Positions 43,445 through 52,186 of a stretch of 64,000 bases of DNA are shown here, one piece after another; position 1 is the stretch's first letter; each line of letters opens with the position of its first letter. The DNA comes from an uncultured Sulfuricella sp. Its GTDB lineage: Bacteria > Pseudomonadota > Gammaproteobacteria > Burkholderiales > Sulfuricellaceae. Location: assembly GCA_964505475.1 (NCBI GenBank), contig CAZDIJ010000008.1:381-64380 (forward strand), in the 5' to 3' direction. Made by a program: the position numbers and the translations under genes. The notes under the pieces were generated by a model, which worked only from the letters and a program-made list of their open reading frames with translations, was not told the DNA's origin and searched no databases.

Positions 43445-43765
43445 ATGAACGACTGGACCAAAATCTGCACCCTCGAAGACATCCCGCGCCAAGGCAGCAG
43501 GGTGGTGGAAAGCGCCCAGGGACGCATCGCGGTGTTCCGCACCCACGACGACGCGGTGTTCGCCCTTGCAGACCGTTGCCCGCATCGCGGCGGACCGCTG
43601 TCGCAGGGCATCGTATGCGGCTGCAAGGTCACTTGTCCGCTGCACAACTGGAACATCCAGCTCGCCGACGGCCAGGCGGTCGCCCCGGACGTGGGACATG
43701 CCGATTCCTACCCGGTGAAGGTGGAGGATAGCGTCGTATTTGTAGCACTTAGCAGTTCTACCTAG
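43445..43765 (+). CDS. nirD: Nitrite reductase [NAD(P)H] small subunit (Rieske-like, cluster-less type)
   Basis: ..ICTLEDIPRQGSRVV....IAVFRT.DDAVFALADRCPHRGGPLSQGIV.....CPLHNWNI.. . Confidence 0.85.
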   Translation: MNDWTKICTLEDIPRQGSRVVESAQGRIAVFRTHDDAVFALADRCPHRGGPLSQGIVCGCKVTCPLHNWNIQLADGQAVAPDVGHADSYPVKVEDSVVFVALSSST

Positions 43766-43792
43766 TTCAGATTTAGCCACCTTTGGTTTTAG

Positions 43793-43896
43793 CTCCCTCC
43801 CCCAGCGGGGGAGGGTTGGGATGGAGGTGATTCCAAATCGTTCGGTAAATGATTTGCTCGCCCCCATCCTGTCCTTCCCCCGTTGGAGGAAGGGAC
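43793..43896. repeat. GC-rich palindromic repeat (family B) between nirD and nirB
   Basis: CTCCCTCCCCCAGCGGGGGAGGGTTGGGATGGAGG ... CCCCCATCCTGTCCTTCCCCCGTTGGAGGAAGGGAC. Confidence 0.65.
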
Positions 43897-43994
43897 GTAC
43901 TAACACCGAACGTCATGAAATCCGACAAGGTAGAAGTATTGAGTGATGGGAGAAATGCAACCCCAGCCATCACTCGCGACAAAGGAGCAATAAA

Positions 43995-46571
43995 TTGGAA
44001 AAAATGAAACTGGTGCTGGTCGGCAACGGCATGGCCGGGATGCGCGCCGCCGAGGAACTGCTCAAGCTCGCCCCCGACCTCTACGACATCACGGTGTTCG
44101 GCGCCGAGCCGCACCCCAACTACAACCGCATCATGCTCTCTCCGCTGCTGGCGGGCGAACAGACGGTGCGGGACATCATCATCAACGATCTCGGCTGGTA
44201 CGCGGAGCACGGCATCACCCTGCACCTCGACAAGAAGGTGGTGAAGATCGACCGCAAGGCCTGCACCGTCACCGCCGCCGACGGCACCAGCGCCGCCTAC
44301 GACCGGCTGATTCTCGCCACCGGCTCAAAGCCCTTCATCCTCCCGGTGCCGGGCAACGAACTGGACGGCGTGGTGAGCTTCCGCGACATCGCCGATGTCG
44401 AGGCGATGGTCGCCGCATCGCAACAATACCGGCACGCGGTGGTCATCGGCGGCGGCCTGCTCGGCCTGGAAGCCGCCTACGGACTGAAGCTGCGCGGCAT
44501 GGACGTGACCGTGGTGCATCTCGCGCCCTGGCTGATGGAACGCCAACTCGACCGCAGCGCCGCCGGGCTGCTGCAAAAGAGTCTGGAGGAAAAGGGCCTC
44601 AAATTCCTCCTGGAAAAACGCACCGAGAAACTCCTCCCCGCGCTTCACACCTCGGCCGCCACGACGGCATCGCCTGACTCCCCCCTTTGCAAAAGGGGGG
44701 CGGGGGGGGATTTCAGCGGTGGTGGTGAAACGACCTCTGACGAAATCCCCCCTAACCCCCCTTTTGCAAAGGGGGGAATGAATACGCAGCGCGTCGCCGC
44801 AGTGCGCTTCCAGGACGGTTCGGAAATCCCCGCCGATCTGGTGGTGATGGCCGCCGGCATCCTCCCCGACGACGCCCTGGCGCGCTCCGCCGGCATCTAT
44901 TGCGAGCGCGGCATCGTGGTCAGCGACACCCTCCAGACCTTCGATCCGCGCATCTACGCGCTGGGCGAATGCGTCAGCCATCGCGGCATCAATTACGGGC
45001 TGGTCGCCCCGCTCTTTGAAATGGCGAAAGTGTGCGCCAACCATCTGGCGCGGATGGGCATCGCCCGCTACAGCGGCACGGTGACTTCCACCAAGCTCAA
45101 GGTCACCGGCATCGAACTGTTCTCGGCGGGTGATTTCAGCGGCAACGAGCGCAGCGAGGAACTGGTGTTTGCGGACGCCGCCGCCGGCATCTACAAAAAG
45201 CTGGTGCTGGAAAACAACCGCATCAAGGGCGCGGTGCTCTACGGCGACAGCGTGGACGGCAGTTGGTACTTCCAGTTGATGCGCGAGGGCGCGGACGTAT
45301 CCGCGTTCCGCCGCACCCTGTTGTTCGGCCAGGCGCATCTCGGCGATTCCGGCCACAACCCGGAAACCCGCGTCGCTTCTTTACCCGACAGCGCCGAAAT
45401 CTGCGGCTGCAACGGCGTGTGCAAGGGCGACATCGTCAAGGCAATCCGCGACAAGAATCTCTACACCCTCGACGAAGTGCGCTCCCACACCAAGGCCTCG
45501 GCCTCCTGCGGCTCCTGCACCGGGCTGGTGGAATCGCTGCTGGCGCACACCCTGGGCGGCGATTATTCCGAATCGCCGAACAAGAAGCCGCTGTGCAAAT
45601 GCACCGACGCCACCCACGACAAAGTGCGCGCCGCCATCGCCGAACACGGTTTCAAAACCATGGAAGCCGTGCGCGCCCACTTCGAGTGGAAGACCCCCGA
45701 CGGCTGCCCGACCTGCCGCACCGCGCTCAATTACTACCTGCTGTGCGCCTGGCCGCTGGAATACCGCGACGACCCGCAATCGCGCTATATCAACGAGCGC
45801 GCCCACGGCAACATTCAAAAGGACGGCAGCTACTCGGTGGTGCCGCGCCTCTTCGGCGGGATGTGTACGCCGGATCAATTGCGCGCCATCGCCGATGTGG
45901 CCGACAAGTTCCAGGTGCCGGAAATGAAGGTCACGGGCGGCCAGCGCATCGACCTGTTCGGCATCAAGAAGGAACAGCTCCCGGCGATGTGGAAAGACCT
46001 CAGCGACGCCGGCTTCGTCTCCGGCCACGCCTATGGCAAGGCGATGCGCACCGTCAAGACCTGCGTCGGCAAGACCTGGTGCCGCTTCGGCACCCAGGAT
46101 TCGACCGGGCTGGGCGTGAAACTGGAGGAACTCACCTGGGGTTCGTGGATGCCGCACAAATTCAAGCTCGCCGTCTCCGGCTGCCCGCGCAACTGCGCCG
46201 AGGCGACCATCAAGGACTTCGGCGTGGTGTGCGTGGATTCCGGCTACGAATTGCACGTCGGCGGCAACGGCGGCATCAAGGTGCGCGTCACCGACCTGCT
46301 GGCCAAGGTGGAAAGCGAAGCGGAAGTGCTGGAATACTGCGGCGCCTTTTGCCAACTCTACCGCGAGGACGCCCATTACCTGGAGCGCACCGCCCCGTGG
46401 ATAGAGCGCGTCGGCCTGGAGAAACTCAAGGCCGCCATCGTCGCCGACCCGGAGAAGCGCAAGGCGCTCCATGCCCGCTTCCTCGAATCGCAGCAACCGG
46501 CGCAGATCGACCCGTGGAAGGAACGGGCGAACGGAGTGCAGGCCGGGGAGTTCGCGGTGCTGAGGGGATAA
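43995..46571 (+). CDS. nirB: Nitrite reductase [NAD(P)H] large subunit
   Basis: N-terminal LVLVGNGMAG FAD/NAD fold, BFD-like CGCNGVCKG, and sirohaem/4Fe-4S motifs ..TCVGKTWCRFG.. and ..SGCPRNCAE.. . Carries an in-frame repeat insertion at 44676..44779. Confidence 0.92.
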   Translation: MEKMKLVLVGNGMAGMRAAEELLKLAPDLYDITVFGAEPHPNYNRIMLSPLLAGEQTVRDIIINDLGWYAEHGITLHLDKKVVKIDRKACTVTAADGTSAAYDRLILATGSKPFILPVPGNELDGVVSFRDIADVEAMVAASQQYRHAVVIGGGLLGLEAAYGLKLRGMDVTVVHLAPWLMERQLDRSAAGLLQKSLEEKGLKFLLEKRTEKLLPALHTSAATTASPDSPLCKRGAGGDFSGGGETTSDEIPPNPPFAKGGMNTQRVAAVRFQDGSEIPADLVVMAAGILPDDALARSAGIYCERGIVVSDTLQTFDPRIYALGECVSHRGINYGLVAPLFEMAKVCANHLARMGIARYSGTVTSTKLKVTGIELFSAGDFSGNERSEELVFADAAAGIYKKLVLENNRIKGAVLYGDSVDGSWYFQLMREGADVSAFRRTLLFGQAHLGDSGHNPETRVASLPDSAEICGCNGVCKGDIVKAIRDKNLYTLDEVRSHTKASASCGSCTGLVESLLAHTLGGDYSESPNKKPLCKCTDATHDKVRAAIAEHGFKTMEAVRAHFEWKTPDGCPTCRTALNYYLLCAWPLEYRDDPQSRYINERAHGNIQKDGSYSVVPRLFGGMCTPDQLRAIADVADKFQVPEMKVTGGQRIDLFGIKKEQLPAMWKDLSDAGFVSGHAYGKAMRTVKTCVGKTWCRFGTQDSTGLGVKLEELTWGSWMPHKFKLAVSGCPRNCAEATIKDFGVVCVDSGYELHVGGNGGIKVRVTDLLAKVESEAEVLEYCGAFCQLYREDAHYLERTAPWIERVGLEKLKAAIVADPEKRKALHARFLESQQPAQIDPWKERANGVQAGEFAVLRG
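44676..44779. repeat. Palindromic repeat (CCCCCTTTGCAAAGGGGGG type) inserted in frame within nirB
   Basis: TCCCCCCTTTGCAAAAGGGGGGCGGGGGGGGATTTC...GAAATCCCCCCTAACCCCCCTTTTGCAAAGGGGGGA. A related half-unit is intergenic at ~29635..29660. Translated as ..SPLCKRGAGGDFSGGGETTSDEIPPNPPFAKGG.. . Confidence 0.75.
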
Positions 46572-46575
46572 CGAA

Positions 46576-46618
46576 ATGTAGGTTGGGTTAGGCGCATGCG
46601 CCGTAACCCAACCTGCAT
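46576..46618. repeat. Family D REP-like hairpin
   Basis: ATGTAGGTTGGGTTAGGCGCATGCGCCGTAACCCAACCTGCAT, between nirB and nasA. Confidence 0.75.
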
Positions 46619-46634
46619 GACGTAAGGAGGAATC

Positions 46635-48839
46635 ATGTTATTCGGCAGAACCCAGAAAAACCCCATCAAGATCGCCGACAAGGGCGTGATGGAGTGGCGC
46701 TACGCCACGTGCGGCTATTGCTCGACCGGCTGTTCCATCGAGGTCGGCCTCGACGCGGACGGCAAGCCGGTGTCGTCGCGTGGCGTGGCGGATGCCGACG
46801 TGAACCGGGGCAAGCTGTGTCTGAAGGGGCTGTTCGAGCACGAGCTGTTCAGCTCCGCCGGACGCGGCACGCAACCGCTGATCCGCGACCACTGGCACCA
46901 GTCCTGGCAGGCGACGGATTGGACCAGGGCGCTGGACAAGCTGCACGATGAAATCCGCCGCGTCCAGGCCAAGCATGGGGCGGACTCTTTTGCCATCATC
47001 TCCACCGGGCAGATGTTGACCGAGGAGTTCTACACCCTCGGCAAGCTCACCCGCGGCCTGATCGGCACCAACAATTACGACGGCAACACCACCCTGTGCA
47101 TGTCGTCGGCGGTGTCCGGCTACAAGCGCTCTTTCGGCTCGGACGGCCCGCCCGGTTGTTACGAGGATTTCGAGCACACCGACTGCCTGATCGCCTGGGG
47201 TTCCAACCTGCCCGAGCAGCACCCGATCATCTACTGGCGCATGAAGGAGGCGCAGGAGAAGCGCGGGTTTCCATTGATCGTGGTCGATCCGCGCGTCACC
47301 ATGCTGGCGCAGAACGCCCATATCCATCTGGCGATCACCCCCGGCACCGACGTGGTGCTGCAAAACGCGCTGATGCACGTCATTTTCGCCGAAGGGCTGG
47401 AAGACCAGCGCTACATCGACGCCAACACCCACGGCATCGCCGAACTGCGCGCGCTGGTCGCCCAGTACGACCCGGTCACTGCGTCGAAAATCTGCGGCAT
47501 CGACGAGGACACCATCCGCGTGGTGGCGCGCACCTTCGCCAAAGCTGGTGCGGCCATGCAAATCTGGACGATGGGCATCAACCAGTCCACCCACGGCTCC
47601 GACGGCGTAGTCGGCATCAACAACCTCGCCCTGATTACCGGCAACATTGGCAAGCCGGGCGGCACCTCGCTATCCATCACCGGCCAGTGCAACGCGATGG
47701 GTACGCGCGAGTGGTCGTCGTGCTCGGGGCTGCCCAACTACCGCGTTCTGGAAAACCTGCAGCACCGCGAGGAAGTGGCGAAATTCTGGAACGTCGATCC
47801 CGAATTTTTCCCCAAGAAACGGGGCATGTACCAGACCGACATTTATCAGGCGATGGAGGCCGGGCAGATCAAGGGCATGTGGCTGATCGCCACCAACCCG
47901 CTGTCGTCGCTGCCCAACACGGCGCGCATCCGCAAGGCGATGGAGAAACTGGAATTCTGCTGCGTGCAGGACTGCTATCAGGACACCGAAAGCGCGCAGT
48001 ACGCCCACCTCTACCTGCCCGCCGGAACCTGGGCGGAAAAGGAGGGCGTGATGACCAACACCGAGCGGCGCATCAATCTCATCAACCCCCTCGCCACCCC
48101 GCCCGGCGAGGCCAAACCCGATTTGTGGATATTCAACCGGGTGGCGGAGCGTTTCAATAGCGATGGCAAAGTGAAGTTCCCGGAAAAAGCCGCCGACGTG
48201 TTTCTGGAAATGGGCGAGCTGTCGAAAGGCCGCCTGGCGGACATCTCCGGCATGAACCACGAACTGCTGGAAAAGAATCGCGGCGTGCAGTGGCCTTACA
48301 CCGCCGAACAAGCGGCGCAAGGCATCGCCCCGCCCAAGGGCGGCAAACGCCTGTATAGCGAGGACGGCGTATTCAGTTATCCCGATGGCCGCGCCAACCT
48401 GATCCCGCTGCCCTTCATCGACAACAACGAAGTACCCGACGCAGCCTTCCCCTTCTGGCTCAACACCGGGCGGCTCATCGAGCACTGGCACGGGCGCACC
48501 AAGACCGGCAAGATCGGCAACAACAACAAGTTCAGCCCGATCCCCTTCATCGAGATCAACCCCGACGCGGCGGCGGAACTGGGTATTGCGCGCGGCGACT
48601 ATGTGCGCCTGGTATCGCGCCGCTCCGACGCGGTGGCGATGGCCATGCCCACCCAGCGGGTGGCGAAGAACGCGCTGTTCCTGCCTTTCCATTTTCACGA
48701 CTGCGCCAACCGCCTGACGCTGGGACTGCTCGACCCGCACTCGCGCCAGCCCGCTTACAAGCAGTCGGCGGTGAGGATCGAGAAGATTGCCGATCAAGTC
48801 GCAGCGGCACGGTTGAGCAAGGAAATGCGCAAGTTTTAA
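46635..48839 (+). CDS. nasA: Assimilatory nitrate reductase catalytic subunit (molybdopterin oxidoreductase, NasA/NarB type)
   Basis: AAGGAGG RBS. No twin-arginine signal. N-terminal CGYCSTGCS...GKLCLKG 4Fe-4S motif. Bis-MGD enzyme body; 734 aa with no C-terminal 2Fe-2S extension. Confidence 0.88.
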   Translation: MLFGRTQKNPIKIADKGVMEWRYATCGYCSTGCSIEVGLDADGKPVSSRGVADADVNRGKLCLKGLFEHELFSSAGRGTQPLIRDHWHQSWQATDWTRALDKLHDEIRRVQAKHGADSFAIISTGQMLTEEFYTLGKLTRGLIGTNNYDGNTTLCMSSAVSGYKRSFGSDGPPGCYEDFEHTDCLIAWGSNLPEQHPIIYWRMKEAQEKRGFPLIVVDPRVTMLAQNAHIHLAITPGTDVVLQNALMHVIFAEGLEDQRYIDANTHGIAELRALVAQYDPVTASKICGIDEDTIRVVARTFAKAGAAMQIWTMGINQSTHGSDGVVGINNLALITGNIGKPGGTSLSITGQCNAMGTREWSSCSGLPNYRVLENLQHREEVAKFWNVDPEFFPKKRGMYQTDIYQAMEAGQIKGMWLIATNPLSSLPNTARIRKAMEKLEFCCVQDCYQDTESAQYAHLYLPAGTWAEKEGVMTNTERRINLINPLATPPGEAKPDLWIFNRVAERFNSDGKVKFPEKAADVFLEMGELSKGRLADISGMNHELLEKNRGVQWPYTAEQAAQGIAPPKGGKRLYSEDGVFSYPDGRANLIPLPFIDNNEVPDAAFPFWLNTGRLIEHWHGRTKTGKIGNNNKFSPIPFIEINPDAAAELGIARGDYVRLVSRRSDAVAMAMPTQRVAKNALFLPFHFHDCANRLTLGLLDPHSRQPAYKQSAVRIEKIADQVAAARLSKEMRKF

Positions 48840-48858
48840 TTTTCATAGGCCGACAAGT

Positions 48859-48966
48859 CCCCTCTCCCGCAGGCGGGAGAGGGTTAGGGTGAGGGAATAT
48901 CGGGATGCGAATCCGCCCCGGACTCCCTCACCCCCGGCCCCTCCCCCGCCTGCGGGGGAGGGGAGC
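48859..48966. repeat. GC-rich palindromic repeat pair (family B) between nasA and the DmsBC-like gene
   Basis: CCCCTCTCCCGCAGGCGGGAGAGGGTTAGGGTGAGGG ... CCCTCACCCCCGGCCCCTCCCCCGCCTGCGGGGGAGGGGAG. Confidence 0.7.
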
Positions 48967-48984
48967 AAACCGTGGAGAAGCGAA

Positions 48985-50868
48985 ATGTACCAAGCCCGAG
49001 ACAACGAACCCGCTTACGCCTGCCTCGACGATCCGGCCTGCCGCACGCAGAACCGCTACGGCAAATCCATCGAAACCGTCGCGCCCGGCGACCCGCGCCG
49101 CGGACAAACCCTCGCCATCAACGGCGACCCCGCCGTCGGCGCCAACCCCAACCGCTACAAGCAGCATGGCTTCTACTTCAACGCCGACAACTGCATCGCC
49201 TGCCACGCCTGCGAGGCGGCCTGCTCGGAGAAGAACGACAACCCCGCGCACCTGGCCTTCCGCTCGGTGGGCTTCGTCGAGGGCGGCAGCTATCCGAACA
49301 TGGCGCGCGTCAATATTTCATTGGCCTGCAACCACTGCGACGACCCGGTGTGCCTGAAGGGCTGCCCGACCCGCGCCTACACCAAGTTCGCCGAATACGG
49401 CGCGGTGCTGCAAGACCCCGACATCTGCTTCGGCTGCGGCTACTGCACCTGGGTGTGCCCCTACAACGCGCCGCAGCTCGACCCGGTGAAGGGACAGGTG
49501 ACCAAGTGCAATATGTGCGTCGATCGCCTCGAAGTCGGCCTGAAACCCGCCTGCGCCGCGGCCTGCCTGGGCAAGGCGCTGGATTTCGGGGTGATCGAGA
49601 ACATCCCGGAAGGGCGCAGCCAGGCTCGGATCGACATCCCAGGTTTTCCCAGCCCGGAGATCACCCACCCCAACGTGCGCTTCCAGCAGACCCGCAGCCT
49701 GCCGCGCGACATGCTGCGGGTGGACAGCGTGCCGCTCAAATACCACCGCGACGACGCTGGCGGCGCCTACCGCCCGGAGCTCGATCCCAAGCACGGTTTC
49801 AAGCGCGAGTGGAATCTGCGCAAACTGCTCGGTTCCCACGAAAACGCCCACATCGCCTTCACTCTGAGCGCCCAGGCGGTGATGGGCGCCTTCCTGCTGC
49901 TCACCCTGGGGGCGGCGGCATTCGCCCCGCTGGCGTCCTTCAATGCCAGCCCGGCTTTCCTGCCGGCGCTGGCGGCGATGGTGGGGCTGATGGGCGCAGG
50001 CCTGTTCAAGCTCAACATGCATCTGGGCAAACCGCACCGTTTTTACCGGGGGTTCTACAACCTCAAGCACTCACCGGTCAGCCGCGAAATCGCCGGAGTA
50101 TCGGCGTTTTTCGCCGGACTGTCGGGCTATGCCCTGCTTGCCCTGTTCGACCGCCCGCCGGCCGCGCTGCAAACCTTGTGCGCGGGAATCGGCCTCGCCG
50201 GCATGGCTTTCGGCGGCTATTACATGATTAAGCTCTACCTCATCCCGGCGCGCCCCTTCTGGAACCACTGGCATACCGGCGCGGCGTTCGCCGGCTCCGC
50301 GCTGTCGCTCGGTGCGCCGCTGCTGGGGCTGATCGCACTGGCGGCCGGAGCCGCGGCGCCGGAACTGGGACGCCTGCTGGCCGCCGTGGCGGGGGTGGGG
50401 TTGGCGCTGGAAGGGGCGGGATTGATCGCCCACGCCCGCCGCCTGCGTACCCAGGAAAGCGAAGGCGCAGCCTCGTTCTACGAGCAGAGCACCACTTTCG
50501 GCTGCTCCTATCGGCTGCGCAACATCCTGCTCGGCGCAGCCCTGCTGCTGGCCTTGTTCCTCGCTTTCGCGGACGGCCAGAACCAGGTTTTGTTCGTACC
50601 GCTGGCGCTGTTGGCGCTGTTCCAAGCCATCCTCGGGCGGGCGCTGTTCTACGTGCCGGTGATCCCCACCACCCTGCCGGGCGCGTTCTTCTGGCGCAAC
50701 CCCGGCTTCGTCGAGCACGCCCGCGAAACCGGCCTGGCCGCCATGCCGCAACTCGGCGTGGCGTATCAGCGCCACCATGCCTTCCGGCTCGGCGAATTGC
50801 TGGATACGCTGGCGAAAACCCCGCTCCGGGAAAAACTCGCCCAAATGAAAAGGGTGTTTACCGGGTGA
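48985..50868 (+). CDS. Fusion of a DmsB/NrfC-type four-cluster ferredoxin with a DmsC-like polytopic membrane anchor
   Basis: ATG 48985 after GGAGAAG. Four cluster motifs: CIACHACEAAC, CNHCDDPVCLKGCP, CFGCGYCTWVCP and CNMCVDRL..CAAAC. From about residue 300 onward there are multiple hydrophobic helices. No signal peptide. Confidence 0.75.
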   Translation: MYQARDNEPAYACLDDPACRTQNRYGKSIETVAPGDPRRGQTLAINGDPAVGANPNRYKQHGFYFNADNCIACHACEAACSEKNDNPAHLAFRSVGFVEGGSYPNMARVNISLACNHCDDPVCLKGCPTRAYTKFAEYGAVLQDPDICFGCGYCTWVCPYNAPQLDPVKGQVTKCNMCVDRLEVGLKPACAAACLGKALDFGVIENIPEGRSQARIDIPGFPSPEITHPNVRFQQTRSLPRDMLRVDSVPLKYHRDDAGGAYRPELDPKHGFKREWNLRKLLGSHENAHIAFTLSAQAVMGAFLLLTLGAAAFAPLASFNASPAFLPALAAMVGLMGAGLFKLNMHLGKPHRFYRGFYNLKHSPVSREIAGVSAFFAGLSGYALLALFDRPPAALQTLCAGIGLAGMAFGGYYMIKLYLIPARPFWNHWHTGAAFAGSALSLGAPLLGLIALAAGAAAPELGRLLAAVAGVGLALEGAGLIAHARRLRTQESEGAASFYEQSTTFGCSYRLRNILLGAALLLALFLAFADGQNQVLFVPLALLALFQAILGRALFYVPVIPTTLPGAFFWRNPGFVEHARETGLAAMPQLGVAYQRHHAFRLGELLDTLAKTPLREKLAQMKRVFTG

Positions 50869-50904
50869 TTTCCGATGGCCGCCGGCCATCCCGGCGGCGC
50901 GGCG

Positions 50905-51453
50905 TCAAAACCAGATTTCCGGGTAACGCCGCGACGCCGGAATATTGTTGACCAGCAGCGCCACCGCCAGCAGGATCAGGGGTCCCACGGCGGCGGGCAT
51001 CAGCACGTACCAGAAACCCAGATCGTGTATCTCGGCGGAACCGATCACCGCGATCAAGGCCGTGGCGCCGCCGGGCGGATGCAGCGTCCGGGTGGCGTGC
51101 ATCAGGGCGATGGCGCTGGCGACCGCCAGCGCTTCCGCGAGCCAGGGATAGGGATGGAACAGCTTCCAGCAAATGACGCCGACGATGGCGGAAAGCACGT
51201 GCCCGCCCACCAGATTGCGCGGCTGCGCCAAGGGGCTGCGCACCGCGCCGTAGACCAGCACGGCGGAGGCGCCGAAAGAGCCGATCATCAGCGACAGATC
51301 GGTTCCGCCGAAAAAGAGCCGATCCACCCAGGCCACCCCGGCGATGCCGAGGAAGCCGCCGATCCACGACCAGACCATTTCTTCGTTGCTGACCCGCGGC
51401 GGGCTGCCGCGAGTGGTGCCGCGCATCTTGCGAAAATACTCGGGGATTTTCAC
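50905..51453 (-). CDS. HPP-family membrane protein (candidate nitrite transporter)
   Basis: ..GASAVLVYGAVRSPLAQPRNLVGGHVLSAIVG..ALMHATRTLHPPGGATAL.. contains the HPP motif. The GTG start overlaps the CBS gene stop (GTGA). Confidence 0.75.
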   Translation of the reverse strand: MKIPEYFRKMRGTTRGSPPRVSNEEMVWSWIGGFLGIAGVAWVDRLFFGGTDLSLMIGSFGASAVLVYGAVRSPLAQPRNLVGGHVLSAIVGVICWKLFHPYPWLAEALAVASAIALMHATRTLHPPGGATALIAVIGSAEIHDLGFWYVLMPAAVGPLILLAVALLVNNIPASRRYPEIWF

Positions 51454-52055
51454 CGCGACTCTTCCAGGCGGTAGGCGGCAAAAAAATCCTTGCGCAGCAG
51501 CAAGCCGCGCAGGCGGCCAGCGTCGTCCACAACCGGCATGCCGCGTCCGCCGTGCCGGTGGAAGGCCGCGACGATTTCCCCGAACCCGGCATCGCCAGCC
51601 ACCGTCACGGCGGGAGCGGTCATCGCCGCGCCCACCGTCGTCTCGTGGCAACGGTGCTTGAATTCAAAGCCGCCGTCCAGCATGCCCAGCAGCAACTCCA
51701 GGAAAGTATCCACCTTGAGCCGCCGCAGGAAGTCGGTCTCGGTAAGCATCCCGATCACGTGGTTTTCGCCGTCCACCACGGGCAGCCCCTTACAGCCGGA
51801 GCGCACCAGCGCCCTGGCGGCCTCATCGAGGGGCATGCCGGGAAGCAGGGGGGGTATCTCCGCCCGCATCAGGGTTCCCGCCCTGACGTTGCCGAACAGG
51901 CGTTCCAGCGCATGGTAATGCGCCAGGTGATAGATGGTGCGGAAATCTTCCGTGGTGATGTCGATGTAACCGGGAATGCGCCGCATCGCATCCAGGATGT
52001 CCCCGTCGGTCAACGCCATCTCCGGCGCGGGATTCTGGTTAGTGGTCTCTTCCAT
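51450..52055 (-). CDS. CBS-domain pair protein
   Basis: Two CBS-like repeats (..LPVVDGENHVIGMLTETDFLRRL.. and ..MPVVDDAGRLRGLLLRKDFF..). Translationally coupled to the HPP gene. Confidence 0.75.
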   Translation of the reverse strand: MEETTNQNPAPEMALTDGDILDAMRRIPGYIDITTEDFRTIYHLAHYHALERLFGNVRAGTLMRAEIPPLLPGMPLDEAARALVRSGCKGLPVVDGENHVIGMLTETDFLRRLKVDTFLELLLGMLDGGFEFKHRCHETTVGAAMTAPAVTVAGDAGFGEIVAAFHRHGGRGMPVVDDAGRLRGLLLRKDFFAAYRLEESR

Positions 52056-52186
52056 GGCGGCAAATCGGCCGAGTAAATTGATAGGGATTTATTCTAGCAG
52101 CTTGCAGGACGAATCCGAACCCCGCGGGGTTTCACACCTCGCCGCTACGGGTGCATAATGCAAGGACAGCAACATGACCAGGAGAG

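Noticed and set aside
50874-50890. Palindrome GATGGCCG-C-CGGCCATC between the convergent DmsBC-like and HPP genes as a bidirectional terminator
   Set aside because: The loop is too small and there is no T-run or A-run on either side. Evidence is insufficient.
52118-52131. 14-bp perfect palindrome AACCCCGCGGGGTT in the divergent CBS / hypothetical-gene promoter region
   Set aside because: It could be a regulator site, but it is a single occurrence with no known consensus match. Noted only.
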